Made by a program: the position numbers and the translations under genes
From: an uncultured Rickettsiales bacterium
Lineage (GTDB): Bacteria; Pseudomonadota; Alphaproteobacteria; Rickettsiales; SXRF01
Direction of reading: 5' to 3'
DNA: 64,000 nucleotides
Assembly (NCBI GenBank): GCA_964518725.1
Contig: CAZFKP010000008.1
Span: forward strand, 8,197 to 72,196
Shown: piece after piece, positions 32,201 to 41,202 of the stretch
How the letters are laid out: the number at the start of each line of letters is the position of its first letter
How positions within the stretch are numbered: position 1 is the first letter of the stretch
Notes under the pieces: model-generated
Told to the model about the DNA's origin: nothing
Database searches by the model: none
What the model saw: the letters and a program-made list of their open reading frames with translations, nothing else

Positions 32201-33146
32201 GCGTCATGTCAACGCCGATGAATGAAAAATAATCCGCCAGGCTGCGCGCCGTGCCGAGCGGAGTGCGTTCGATGTCTTCCAGCACCGTTTCATCCTGCGC
32301 CGGGTGCAGCCCCAGCACATGCAGGTTGCGGGCGAATGACCGCATGTTACGCTCGGCCTGCCGGTTGCGGTAGAGCTGCTCATCCCGCACATCCAGGCGG
32401 TTCCAGTGATGGTAAAGCACCACCCGGTCGAGATGGTAGATATCGTAGCCGTGCGTCCACAGCCGCGCCGAATAATTCAGCTCCTCGCCCCAGAAATAAA
32501 TATGCGGATCCGGCGGCACCTCCTTCAGCACCTCGGCGCGGGCGAACATGAAGTTCCCCACCCACGAGCAGGTGAGGAAGGGCGCAGTGAATTTGTCCTG
32601 CGGCTGGAGGATACTGACCAGATGGATGATTTGCGGGTCGTTGCGCTCGCCGAGGCGATTGATGGTGACGACCGGCAGCTTGCCATCGAGTTTCTGGCGA
32701 TTGTCGGGCGGCTGGTAATCGGGCAGCCACGCCGTGAGCACGGCTTTTTTTGTCGGCAGTGTTTCGAGCAGCTCGATGAGCGTATCGTCCCAGCCCGGCT
32801 CGAAACGATGGTGCGCCTGAATCTGCAACACATACTCCTCGCCCGACCACAGCTTCTGCGCTTCGCTGCGCGCCCAGCCGGCGCCGTCCGCATCCCGCAC
32901 ATGGTATTGTACCACCCTCACCTGTTCCGGGTGTGGATACTCCACCGCCACCAGCGCTGCGTCCTCGGCCGGGTCATATTGCCAGCATAGCCCGACACTC
33001 ACCCGCTCCGGGTGCGCCGCTTTGGCGAACAGGTCGGCGATGGTGTGGTGGCATTCCGGGTCGCGGAAGCTAACCATCTGGACAAAAATGCGTTTCGCGT
33101 GATTCATAGGTTGTGAAAACCTAGCAGGAAATGGTATAAGAAACAT
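26223..33146 (-). CDS. Giant multidomain enzyme: 5x Gnt1/GT60-like glycosyltransferase modules, a Cys-less redoxin fold and 2x 2OG-Fe(II) oxygenase domains
   Basis: A single uninterrupted 2,307-aa ORF. Five paralogous ~310-aa modules each start RIFV(Q/A/R)(I/M)(A/V)S(Y/F)RD.EC..T..D(L/M)F.KA..P.R. Four contain a DxH motif (DSHMRF/DAHMRF) and one has QAH. Downstream HxD...H...R 2OG-oxygenase motifs follow. No signal peptide or TM helix is evident. An alternative start is ATG 33107 ([10 protein letters not shown]). Confidence 0.85.
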   Translation of the reverse strand: MFLIPFPARFSQPMNHAKRIFVQMVSFRDPECHHTIADLFAKAAHPERVSVGLCWQYDPAEDAALVAVEYPHPEQVRVVQYHVRDADGAGWARSEAQKLWSGEEYVLQIQAHHRFEPGWDDTLIELLETLPTKKAVLTAWLPDYQPPDNRQKLDGKLPVVTINRLGERNDPQIIHLVSILQPQDKFTAPFLTCSWVGNFMFARAEVLKEVPPDPHIYFWGEELNYSARLWTHGYDIYHLDRVVLYHHWNRLDVRDEQLYRNRQAERNMRSFARNLHVLGLHPAQDETVLEDIERTPLGTARSLADYFSFIGVDMTRGNVAMHARIGQFGVRDEARDAADTARAKKRIFVAIASFRDPETKHTISDMFAKAVHPDRIYAGVCHQLNFNEDEDCRFTPERPEQVKIDLVDYRDSRGANWARARAMQLMRGEDFVLIIDSHMRFQQGWDATLVEMVERCPSKDVVISTYLPGYTPPDKRDYVPYHPTRVRAKSFGNDSDPQLIHLTGEYIDKSEPQARLYQSPFVVANFMFAAAEVWKRVPIDPHIYFYGDEISLAMRLWTHGIDVYQPDCMTLYHWWNREQEVSKQPYRKRSSEDSQRTRQRVRHLIGLEAARDQKALVELDQYGLGDKRKVDDFWQFAGVNPDTKEISDAAAQGLWNEKFMATKKKAPNGRPRIFVQIASYRDPECQHTVKDLFDKATHPERISVGICWQYVKEEDAICFEVPYPYPDQVRVHEVDARKGKGVCWARMLTQGLWQGEEFTLQVDSHMRFEPGWDEMLLDMYRQCGKEKSVLTCYPPGYTPPNNIGRKYFFGMSAKEFDERGIFKMKGAPAYRIENPPPPLPMVGAFASACMLFGPSSIIEDVPYDPNLYFFGEEITLAARLWTKGYDIYHPNTIVVYHDWDRSKRPTHFQDHEKTWWNLNLRSLARVRHIMGTEISTDPDILVDLDKYGLGKERSLSDYEKYAGVDFARKHISEKALQGLFQPRIFVQIASYRDRECQHTVKDLFDKATHPDRISVGICWQFDEKEDADCFAVPYPYPKQVRVINFHYRDSLGASWARKQAVALRQGEEYTLAIDAHMRFEPGWDETLLAMLAACDSKKPILSSYPASYTPPNELLTGYCIRMGFREFKNDSKGEYPPTLRYNPIRINHDTAPDVPFLAATISNNFIFARSTLFDEVPIDPNIYFFGDDVTYAARVWTHGWDIFSPHRNVLYHFWERKKRRMHWQDHGDDRDWITRRRCAHLMGVERTVDPRSLVEIEDYGFGNARSFGEYQAFCGVNFAMQTISEHAKKGLFSMDYRPRIFVRIASYRDSECQWTVKDLFEKATYPDRIFVGICWQFDEKEDEHCFTVTTRPDQVRVYPVDWREAEGVCWARAQTEMLYEGEEYTLQIDSHMRFAPGWDEWLIDELAACPSKKPIISCSPAKYTPPHNLEVNPRPNVHCINKPFSPQGNVRGRGELLEIEPEVPLPGAFIAAGFVFSRSEVLKEVPYDPYLYFDQEEIVYAARLYTHGWDLFSTRQIRIFHYYNVGQVSGRPMHWGDLKAASDEKRYQFFSNRGITRLNHLTRHKLSDDPRLLVDIEKYGLGNVRTIEQYEEHSGIDFKNKIVHPKAIQAGFVTNLIKYRKRPIPLPGEQPAVATKAKQSYGIGDILPHFVLPETTGKKRALESNAGRPALLFLLRYADEVANVEFFKKLDVALKQAGKPDATLFFMFDADIATLTAYQEKNKIAYPLLADTGIMVGMSLGITSAPCAFLLDHKLQIKNKSSAAPKPDLPTEMVGFLKEYLDSMPAKTKAEVVAEAAPVLMLPEIFPPELCDELIDAFRKGEKIKGEVVGKGYVATAKERTDFIVPDELRAKLDLKLSHSLFPEIEKIFGFKVTGRENYKIGLYSGDDGGFFAKHRDNYEEGVGYRRVAVTLNLSDDYKGGGLRFPEYDLHRTYRPGKGGAVAFPCTLAHEAMKVTKGERFVLVGFFHGEEEEAFRQHMAKAKNQPLLAEAFVPNVDLITGAERSRDFYRRWKEQAKQPSQAPAAPVAAPAMAVPVATQFVKAPIIGIGKAQHKPVKIFESRAGVVFDNFLPQDLYDNLRHFCVATDYEHINTKGKISRAWHVHDGFPLRSLLNAFYYPDKTLIPMPKPTYVYPTETAFDAFIEYMREFQPQVEYYTGKPTDTSKSVEGWSHFSVTSWLYPPGTGLAMHDDGSGVYTGAYAFFMNKTWRSHWGGMLLLMDESVNDAIHAHRRTVNQHDFHKGKWLQQNTTEEMLLEHGMARCIFPKANRIVFIANDAYHMVTRVNEAAGDNLRMSLAGFFDRSKKKK
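26247..26984 (-). other. 2OG-Fe(II) oxygenase-like domain 2 (aa ~2055-2300)
   Basis: [10 protein letters not shown] (HxD) ... WGGMLLLMD ... [31 protein letters not shown] (distal His, Arg). Confidence 0.6.
27243..27749 (-). other. 2OG-Fe(II) oxygenase domain 1, prolyl-4-hydroxylase-like (aa ~1800-1968)
   Basis: [10 protein letters not shown] (H1895-x-D1897) ... [22 protein letters not shown] ... [29 protein letters not shown] (distal His 1950, Arg 1960). Confidence 0.7.
27867..28229 (-). other. Redoxin/AhpC-TSA-like fold without redox cysteines (aa ~1640-1760)
   Basis: [44 protein letters not shown]...[17 protein letters not shown]...[11 protein letters not shown] follows the peroxiredoxin spacing, but the position of the Cxx(C) motif reads ADEVAN. 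Confidence 0.5.
28311..29258 (-). other. GT module 5 (aa ~1297-1612)
   Basis: [38 protein letters not shown] ... [13 protein letters not shown] ... [24 protein letters not shown]. Confidence 0.7.
29268..30203 (-). other. GT module 4 (aa ~982-1293)
   Basis: [38 protein letters not shown] ... [13 protein letters not shown] ... [24 protein letters not shown]. Confidence 0.7.
30207..31136 (-). other. GT module 3 (aa ~671-980)
   Basis: [38 protein letters not shown] ... [13 protein letters not shown] ... [25 protein letters not shown]. Confidence 0.7.
31167..32114 (-). other. GT module 2 (aa ~345-660)
   Basis: [38 protein letters not shown] ... [13 protein letters not shown] ... [24 protein letters not shown]. 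Confidence 0.7.
32187..33095 (-). other. GT module 1 (aa ~18-320), DxH degenerated to QAH
   Basis: [38 protein letters not shown] ... [15 protein letters not shown] ... [25 protein letters not shown]. Confidence 0.7.
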
Positions 33147-33167
33147 GAAAATTACGCGCAGAATCCC

Positions 33168-33788
33168 ATGACCGTCCTCATTTTAGGCATGCACAGGAGC
33201 GGCACCTCGGCCATCACCCGGCTGGTGGCGGATATGGGCGCCTATCTCGGCGCAGACTTATTGCCCGCCTCGCCTGACAACCCACGGGGTTTCTGGGAAC
33301 GCAAGGATGTGCTGGCCATCAATCGCGCCATCCTCACCGCCCAGAACTGCAACTGGTATACGGTGGCTGGGTTCGACAGCGCCCGCCCCCTGCCCGCCGG
33401 GCTGCACGCACCAATGGAAAGAATCGTGGCGGAACTGACCGCCCATGCGCCATTTGCGGTAAAAGACCCGCGCTTTTGCCTTACGCTGCCTTACTGGCTG
33501 CCGCTTTTCCGCACGCCGCCGCTCATCCTCCTTGCCCTCCGCCATCCGGCAGCCGTGGCCGATTCGCTCACCCGCCGCAACCAGATGCCGCCGGAACAGG
33601 GGCTTGCCCTCTGGGAGTCCTACATGGCGCAAGCGCAGCGGCACATCGCAGGGAAAACCGTGGTGCGCTGCCAGTTTGAGGCACTACTTGCCAATCCCGA
33701 GGCCGAAACAACCACTCTGCATGCGGTGCTCACCGCCCATGTCCCCGGCCTTACCCTGCCTGCCAGTCACGCCATCAAAGCCCCCTGA
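33168..33788 (+). CDS. Sulfotransferase-family protein
   Basis: 206 aa. LILGMHRSGTSAITRL is the 5'-PSB (PAPS phosphate-binding) loop of the Sulfotransfer_3-type family, and a KDPRF region is present. It is divergent from the giant gene. Confidence 0.7.
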   Translation: MTVLILGMHRSGTSAITRLVADMGAYLGADLLPASPDNPRGFWERKDVLAINRAILTAQNCNWYTVAGFDSARPLPAGLHAPMERIVAELTAHAPFAVKDPRFCLTLPYWLPLFRTPPLILLALRHPAAVADSLTRRNQMPPEQGLALWESYMAQAQRHIAGKTVVRCQFEALLANPEAETTTLHAVLTAHVPGLTLPASHAIKAP

Positions 33789-35145
33789 ACATCGCCAGCG
33801 TTTTTTCCCGTGCAGTGGCGTGATCAACCATTGGCAGCGGATATCCGCCACGCTCGATGGGTGATGGGTCATGAATCGCATCGCCCGTGATATGCGCCAG
33901 TTCAGGCACATAGCGGCGGATATACTCCCCGTCGGGATCGAATTTCTTGCTTTGCAGATACGGGTTGAAAATACGGAACCATGGCTGGGCGTCCGTACCG
34001 GTTGAGGCGCTCCACTGCCAGCCGCCGACATTCGAGGCCAGCTCGTAATCCATCAAGTGCTGTGCGAAATGCTCCTCGCCCAGGCGCCAATCGAGCTGTA
34101 AATCCTTGGTGAGGAAACTGGCGACGATCATCCGCGCCCGGTTATGCATCCAGCCGGTGGCGAGCAACTGCCGCATCGCCGCATCGACCACAGGGAAGCC
34201 GGTGCGCCCGGCCTGCCATGCGGCAAGCGCGGCCGCATCCTGCGACCATGCAAGCCCGCGATATTTCGGGTTCCATTCCTGCTGTGTGGATTCGGGATAG
34301 TGGTATAAAATCATCGCGTAGAATTCACGCCAGATCAGCTCGTTGATGTAGGTCGCCGCCTGCCCCTGCTCCACACATTGGCGCACCAATTCACGGATGG
34401 AAACCAGCCCGAACCGCAGGTAAGGCGACATCCGGCTAGTACCGTCCATGCCCATCAGATCACGGGTGCTCTTATAATCCGCAACCTGTGCCTGCACAAA
34501 TTTCTTGAACCGCTCCCCAGCACCCAGCACCGGCCACGGCGAAATATCGGCAGACTGGTAGCCGAGCTGTGAAAGCAGGGCGTCCGGAGTGTCAAGCGGC
34601 AGCAACCGCAGCCCTTCCGGCGGCGCGATGGTGGCATAGCGTCCGGCATCGTCGATGCTATAGCTGCCATAATCCGCTGGCGAGAGCCGGGCAAGCCACG
34701 CCTTGGAGTACGGCGTAAACACCTTGAACGGCGTGCCGCCGCTTTTTAAAATTTCTTCCGGCGAAAAAACCAGATGGTCTTTGACCAGCATCAGCGACAC
34801 CTGTGCCGCCACCGCTGCATCACGGGTCTGCGTGCCCGGCTCAAAATCGCGGGCAGCAACAACCCGTGCCGCAAGCGCCGTGGCAAGCTGCGGCAGGATG
34901 TCCGTCGCTTTGCCATGGAACACCCACAGTGCCCCGCCGCGCCGCGCCAGCTCTCGGTTCATCTCACAGAGCGTGTGGGCAAGGAATGTCAGCCGCCGGT
35001 CGGTTGGATTAGAAAAGCGCGCCAGGATATCGGTATCGAATACAAACACCGGCTGCACCGGATGTGGCGCTTCCAGCGCGGCAGAAAGCGCCGCATGGTC
35101 GTGAAGCCGCAGGTCGCGGCGCAGCCAGACAAGGGAAAGATTCAT
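33775..35145 (-). CDS. phrB: Deoxyribodipyrimidine photolyase (cryptochrome/photolyase family)
   Basis: 456 aa with LVWLRRDLRLHDHAAL, TSRMSPYLRFG and WREFY...GWMHNRARMIVASFL motifs. Confidence 0.9.
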   Translation of the reverse strand: MNLSLVWLRRDLRLHDHAALSAALEAPHPVQPVFVFDTDILARFSNPTDRRLTFLAHTLCEMNRELARRGGALWVFHGKATDILPQLATALAARVVAARDFEPGTQTRDAAVAAQVSLMLVKDHLVFSPEEILKSGGTPFKVFTPYSKAWLARLSPADYGSYSIDDAGRYATIAPPEGLRLLPLDTPDALLSQLGYQSADISPWPVLGAGERFKKFVQAQVADYKSTRDLMGMDGTSRMSPYLRFGLVSIRELVRQCVEQGQAATYINELIWREFYAMILYHYPESTQQEWNPKYRGLAWSQDAAALAAWQAGRTGFPVVDAAMRQLLATGWMHNRARMIVASFLTKDLQLDWRLGEEHFAQHLMDYELASNVGGWQWSASTGTDAQPWFRIFNPYLQSKKFDPDGEYIRRYVPELAHITGDAIHDPSPIERGGYPLPMVDHATAREKTLAMFRGL

Positions 35146-35184
35146 GCTGCTTTTATATCGCCGCCGCCAACAAAGTCGAGAGGC

Positions 35185-35994
35185 TTAAAGCCCCGCGAGG
35201 TTGCGGTCGATCATCTTTTGCGGATCCACGGCCTTGGTGCCGTCGCGCATGGAGAAATAGAGCTGCGATTTCTTGACATTGCCGGTCGCGCCGACATAAC
35301 CGATGATATCGCCCTGTTTCACGCGATCGTATTTATCGACGCCGAGGCGGGCAAGATGGGCATAGGTGGTCGTACGCCCGCTCTTGTGCTTCACCAGCAC
35401 CATGTTGCCATAGCCTTTCATTTTATTATCGGCATACACCACCTCGCCATCCGCAGCCGCCCACACCGGCTCACCCTCGCTGGCGGCAATATTCACGCCG
35501 TCATTGGCCTTGCCGGCACCCTTGTTGCCGAACGAGGAAATAATATCGTTGCTGGCGACCGGCCAGATAAACGCCGATTTCGAGGTAGCTGCCGCCGTAT
35601 CACGCGGTTTGTTCGTCCAGGCGTTGACCGGTGCCGCCCCTTCGGTATTGACGAGCGTCACTGGCTCAGGCGCAGCCGCTGGTGCCGGTTGCGCCGATTC
35701 GCCGCCGGCAGCTGGGGAAAGATCGTTCACCGCAATCGAACCGGAAGAGGCTGCCGTCTGCGACGGGGTACCCGTCGTCCAGACGAGGTTTTCCTTGGCA
35801 CGCTGTTCGTTATAGACCGGTTGCGCGCCGACATAGCTTACCGGCGCCACGGGCGCACTCGCAACCTGCTGGGTGAAATTGCCATCACGGCTATAGTCGT
35901 GCGCGCCGCGCAACTCGACCACCGCCGGGGGCTGGGTACAGGCAGCAAGCAGGACACACGATGAAATGAAGAGCGACGAACGCAGCATAAGCAA
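35185..35994 (-). CDS. M23-family peptidase lipoprotein (NlpD-like)
   Basis: 269 aa with lipobox LLAAC and the C-terminal LytM/M23 domain GYGNMVLVKHKSGRTTTYAHL...GATGNV. It occupies the nlpD position after surE-pcm. Confidence 0.85.
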   Translation of the reverse strand: MLMLRSSLFISSCVLLAACTQPPAVVELRGAHDYSRDGNFTQQVASAPVAPVSYVGAQPVYNEQRAKENLVWTTGTPSQTAASSGSIAVNDLSPAAGGESAQPAPAAAPEPVTLVNTEGAAPVNAWTNKPRDTAAATSKSAFIWPVASNDIISSFGNKGAGKANDGVNIAASEGEPVWAAADGEVVYADNKMKGYGNMVLVKHKSGRTTTYAHLARLGVDKYDRVKQGDIIGYVGATGNVKKSQLYFSMRDGTKAVDPQKMIDRNLAGL

Positions 35995-36036
35995 ACTCCT
36001 TGCTTCACGCGTAGCACGGCTTGGTTAATAATTGGT

Positions 36037-36336
36037 GAACCGAGGAAGCTCCGTTCCAAGAAGATCCCGCCGCAGGTGCCACCCCTAAATCTCGCTGCGG
36101 CGTGGAAAGCGCGCAGGAATGGATACCGAGATGAGGAGCGTACACTGCGGTACGTGATCGAACCGAGGAGGTTCTATTCCAAGAAGATTTCCCGCCGCAG
36201 GTGCCACCCCTAAATCTCGCTGCGGCGTGGAAAGCGCGCAGGAATGGATACCGAGATGAGGAGCGTACACTGCGGTACGTGATCGAACCGAGGAGGTTCT
36301 ATTCCAAGAAGATTTCCCGCCGCAGTAGAGATTACC
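36037..36336. repeat. Tandem array (one partial and two full copies, 125-bp period) of a long-hairpin intergenic element
   Basis: Landmarks recur exactly 125 nt apart (AAATCTCGCTG at 36087 and 36212; GGAATGG at 36116 and 36241). The two full units are identical for ~114 nt. Each unit has inverted arms CTGCGGCG...CGCCGCAG. Confidence 0.85.
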
Positions 36337-36955
36337 CCGCAACCAGCGGCACAAAGCGCACGGGCATCAACGTCTCCTGCTCCACCGTGCCGTCCTTGTG
36401 TTTTCGCAGCTTGATAAGTGTCTGCTCGGCCACGCTTGAACCCACCGGAATCACCATGATGCCATCGGGGGCGAGCTGTTCGATGTAGCACTCCGGAATC
36501 GTCGCCGCCGCCGCCGTCACCAGGATACGCTCGAACGGCGCAGCTTCTTTCCAGCCTTTGCTGCCGTCGCCGCGGCGGGTAACCACATTGGTAAGGCCGA
36601 GCTCGCGGAACCGCTCTTCGGCCAGCACCAACAACTCTTTGTGGCGTTCAATCGTATAGACGCGGCGGGCGAGCTTGGAAAGCACCGCCGCTTGATAGCC
36701 GGAGCCGGTACCGATTTCCAGCACCCGCATGCGCGGCGTAAGCGAAAGCGCCTGCGTCATGGCAGCAACGACGGTAGGCTGGCTGATGGTCTGCCCTTGG
36801 GCGATCGGCAGCGCCGTATCATCATAGGCATGGTCGCGGAAATGGTCATCGACAAACAATTCGCGTGGAATTTGTTCGATGGCGGAGAGCACCGACGTAT
36901 CACGGATACCGGAATTGCGTAGCTGCATGATGAGCCGGAGCCGGTTGGGCAACAT
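36332..36955 (-). CDS. pcm: Protein-L-isoaspartate O-methyltransferase
   Basis: VLEIGTGSGYQAAVLS is the SAM motif, with TISQP and PLVAG at the C-terminus. The ORF track extends to 37147, but that extension covers a repeat-like sequence; the start was chosen at MLPNRLRLIMQLR. Confidence 0.85.
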   Translation of the reverse strand: MLPNRLRLIMQLRNSGIRDTSVLSAIEQIPRELFVDDHFRDHAYDDTALPIAQGQTISQPTVVAAMTQALSLTPRMRVLEIGTGSGYQAAVLSKLARRVYTIERHKELLVLAEERFRELGLTNVVTRRGDGSKGWKEAAPFERILVTAAAATIPECYIEQLAPDGIMVIPVGSSVAEQTLIKLRKHKDGTVEQETLMPVRFVPLVAG

Positions 36956-37147
36956 GCCGTCCGCGACCAGCGCATGGGTAAAAAGATCGGGCTTGATAGT
37001 TGTTTGTATCTGCACGGAACCGATAGTTAGCGCAAAATGATTAAGGAAGTGTATAAACTTATAGTGATGAGAGGCGAGTAGCGCCGAACCAGTCATGAAC
37101 TGCGGAGCACGCTTCATGCGAAATGCAGAAGCATTTCGCGGGAGCAA

Positions 37148-37896
37148 CTAAAAAACCTTATCCAGCACCGCCAAAGTTTTGTAATCGGTCATATCCATGC
37201 CGATCGGCGTCACCGTGATATACCCTTTGTTCAGGAAATCAAGATCGACATTCGGTTTTTCCGGCCGGTTGTCGCGTTCGCCGCCCAGCCAGTAATAGGG
37301 TCGCCCTTTGGGGTCGACGCGCTCGGAGAGGTTGATGTTCATCACGCGCTTGCCTTGCGCGCAGACCTTCACGCCCCTCACTTTGGCAGCGGTGCAGTCA
37401 GGAAAATTCAAATTGATAAGCGTGTCTTTCGGCCATGGTTTTTTAAGCAGTGTGGTGATAATTCCCGGCGCGAGTTTTGTGACCATCTCCCAGTTGATCT
37501 TTTCCGGATCGTCGTAGAGCAGCGAGAGCGCCACGCTCGGCACACCGAGGATACAGCCTTCCATCGCCGCCGCGATGGTGCCGGAATAGGTCACATCATC
37601 GCCCGCATTGCTGCCACGGTTGACGCCGGAAAGCACCAGCGTCACCTTCGGTTTGGGCGGAATGATTTCCTTAAGTGCGAGCAGCACGCAATCGGTCGGC
37701 GTACCCAGCACCGCATAACGTTTCGGAGTGATCTTCCGCACACGCACCGGCGTATGCAATGTGAGCGAATGCCCCGCCCCGCTCTGCTCGGTTTCGGGCG
37801 CCACCACCCACACATCATCGGAAAGCGCCCGCGCAATTTTCTCCAGCACTTCAAGGCCGGGCGCGTTGATGCCGTCATCGTTCGTAACTAGAATTC

Positions 37897-37903
<7 letters not shown>
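37148..37903 (-). CDS. surE: 5'/3'-nucleotidase SurE
   Basis: MPRILVTNDDGINAPGL is the SurE N-terminus. The ORF-track start at 37924 lies inside the inverted repeat of the neighbouring cassette. Confidence 0.9.
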
Positions 37904-39599
<1,696 letters not shown>

Positions 39600-39602
39600 C
39601 TA

Positions 39603-40016
39603 TTACATTGGACGACTAAGACACTCTTGTTCAAGTGATATATCATCCCCGATCAATCCACGCTGTTTCAGCATTTCCATGCATTCCACTATTTTACTCC
39701 TCAGTTGGTCTGGATGAGTAGGGTCAAAATGCAATCTTATCCCATAAGCCGTTTCATTATTATGTTCAACAACAGGTGCCTCCGCTGAAGAGGCGCGTTC
39801 AAGTTTACTGGTATCGACCATACCCTCGAGTGCCTCTACCAACGCCATATCTTTTACATACCATGTAATCAACATCGCATGATTAGCATTATCCGGCCTA
39901 TATCCGCCGTTAGCGTAAACCCCAAGAAGCGCTCCTCCCTTTGCACTGAAATCATATTTGACTTGGCAGCTATTAAGCTTTGTAGACAAGTCAAACACGC
40001 AGCGAAAACTTTGCAT
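39603..40016 (-). CDS. Hypothetical protein
   Basis: 137-aa ORF, AT-richer by eye, between serS and tatC. No family was recognised. Confidence 0.4.
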   Translation of the reverse strand: MQSFRCVFDLSTKLNSCQVKYDFSAKGGALLGVYANGGYRPDNANHAMLITWYVKDMALVEALEGMVDTSKLERASSAEAPVVEHNNETAYGIRLHFDPTHPDQLRSKIVECMEMLKQRGLIGDDISLEQECLSRPM

Positions 40017-40019
40017 GAA

Positions 40020-40781
40020 TTATTCCTTGAAGGTTGGCGCGCGCGGGGATTTGCACAAAAGAATGGAGATTTCATACAAAACATAAAGCGGAACGGAAAG
40101 CGCTATCTGGCTGAAAATATCGGGCGGGGTGATGACGGCGGCGACCGAGACGATGATGACGATGGCATAGCGGCGGCCTTTTTTCAGGGTGTCGACGCTC
40201 AGGAAGCCGGATTTGACCAGCAACACCAATATGATCGGCAATTGGAACGAGAGGCCGAACGCGATGATGAGATGCATGACCAGGCTCAAATAATCCGAGA
40301 CTTTGGCCTCCAGTTGGATCGGCAGCCCCTGCCCCCCGCTCGTCTCAAACCCCAGGAAAAAGCGCCATGCCGCTGGGAAAATGAGGTAATACACGAACGC
40401 CGCGCCGATAAAAAACAGCGCGGGTGCGGCGACCAGAAACGGCAGCATCGCACGCTTTTCTTTCGCATGCAGGCCGGGGGCGATGAACTTGTAAAGCTGT
40501 GCCGCGATGACGGGAAACGACAGGATGAACCCGGCAAACACCGCCAACCGTAAATAGGTGAAAAACGCTTCGGTAAGGTTTGTATAAATCATGCGGCGGC
40601 TAGCCGGATCGGGGAAGGCATGGGCAAGCGGCGCGACGAGAAACGCATAAATATCCGCGGCGAAAAAATAGCAGATGCCGGTGGCAGCGAAAAACGCAGC
40701 GAGGCTTGCCATCAGGCGCTTTCGCAACTCCAGCACGTGGGCGATGAGCGGTTGTTTTGGCAAGTCATTCATGCTTATCAT
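40020..40781 (-). CDS. tatC: Twin-arginine translocase subunit TatC
   Basis: 253 aa with HVLELRKRL at the N-terminus and six TM helices. Confidence 0.9.
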   Translation of the reverse strand: MISMNDLPKQPLIAHVLELRKRLMASLAAFFAATGICYFFAADIYAFLVAPLAHAFPDPASRRMIYTNLTEAFFTYLRLAVFAGFILSFPVIAAQLYKFIAPGLHAKEKRAMLPFLVAAPALFFIGAAFVYYLIFPAAWRFFLGFETSGGQGLPIQLEAKVSDYLSLVMHLIIAFGLSFQLPIILVLLVKSGFLSVDTLKKGRRYAIVIIVSVAAVITPPDIFSQIALSVPLYVLYEISILLCKSPRAPTFKE

Positions 40782-41025
40782 CCGGCGTCAGCGGATAGGA
40801 TTCATACCATTTCCCATCGTCACCCTGGATCATTTTGATGTCGTCCTTGATGCCGGATTCTTCGGCAAGGTCGTCAAACGCCTTTCGCATCTCGCCGGTC
40901 AGGTTTTTAAGCGCCCGTATCAGCTTGGCGGCACCGCGAACGACCGTCGGCAATTCCTTGGGGCCGATGAACACCACGGCCACCACGACCACCAGCAGCA
41001 CTTCGGCAAGCGATAGATCGAACAT
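40765..41025 (-). CDS. tatB: Twin-arginine translocase subunit TatB
   Basis: MFDLSLAEVLLVVVVAVVFIGPKELP is the TatA/B family N-terminus. It lies between tatA and tatC. Confidence 0.8.
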   Translation of the reverse strand: MFDLSLAEVLLVVVVAVVFIGPKELPTVVRGAAKLIRALKNLTGEMRKAFDDLAEESGIKDDIKMIQGDDGKWYESYPLTPDDKHE

Positions 41026-41031
41026 GACGGG

Positions 41032-41193
41032 TTATTTATCGTCGATTTTTTTCGATTCGTCTTCTTTCAAACCTTCACGCAGGGCACGCACGCCTTTGCC
41101 AATATCGCCCATCACACGCGGGATGCGGCCTGCGCCGAACACCACCAGCACAATCACCAGCACCAATAATAAATGCGAAAAACTTAGTCCCAT
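41032..41193 (-). CDS. tatA: Twin-arginine translocase subunit TatA
   Basis: 53 aa, below the ORF-track cutoff. My translation is MGLSFSHLLLVLVIVLVVFGAGRIPRVMGDIGKGVRALREGLKEDESKKIDDK. Confidence 0.8.
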   Translation of the reverse strand: MGLSFSHLLLVLVIVLVVFGAGRIPRVMGDIGKGVRALREGLKEDESKKIDDK

Positions 41194-41202
41194 CGTTACC
41201 TC

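Noticed and set aside
26988-32990. Series of long plus-strand ORFs (26988..28496, 28626..29276, 29427..30107, 30216..31277, 31284..32225, 32406..32990)
   Set aside because: All are antisense to the single 2,307-aa ORF, whose translation has strong repeated enzyme motifs. The plus-strand products are Arg/His/Gly-rich nonsense.
26223-33146. Interpretation of the giant ORF as an NRPS/PKS, RTX toxin or repeat adhesin
   Set aside because: No condensation, adenylation, KS or ACP motifs are present. There are no GGxGxD nonapeptides, no signal peptide and no beta-rich adhesin repeats. The repeats are ~310-aa enzyme-like modules with DxH motifs.
34774-35964. 396-aa plus-strand ORF spanning the photolyase and M23 peptidase region
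   Set aside because: It lies antisense to two well-supported minus-strand genes and crosses their intergenic gap. Its composition is Arg-rich.
36150-36180. tRNA-like fragment (GATCGAACCGAGGAGG resembles a T-arm)
   Set aside because: There is no acceptor stem, anticodon arm or GTTCGAATC-type T-loop context. It is part of the repeat unit. I recognised no tRNA, rRNA, tmRNA, RNase P or SRP RNA anywhere in the window by eye.
36037-36336. Possible CRISPR array
   Set aside because: The units are contiguous at 125 bp with only an 11-nt constant joiner. There are no unique spacers and no cas genes, and the repeats are long imperfect palindromes.
36085-36491. Two ORFs (89 and 93 aa) sharing the identical peptide LLGIEPPRFDHVPQCTLLISVSIPARFPRRSEI, and a related one at 42201..42398
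   Set aside because: The identity comes from translating the tandem 125-bp hairpin repeat. There is no start context, and the ORFs overlap pcm. They are treated as non-coding repeat DNA.
36956-37147. 64-codon N-terminal extension of pcm in the ORF track
   Set aside because: The extension covers intergenic repeat-like sequence and has no homology to Pcm N-termini. The Pcm-like sequence begins at MLPNRLRLIMQLR.
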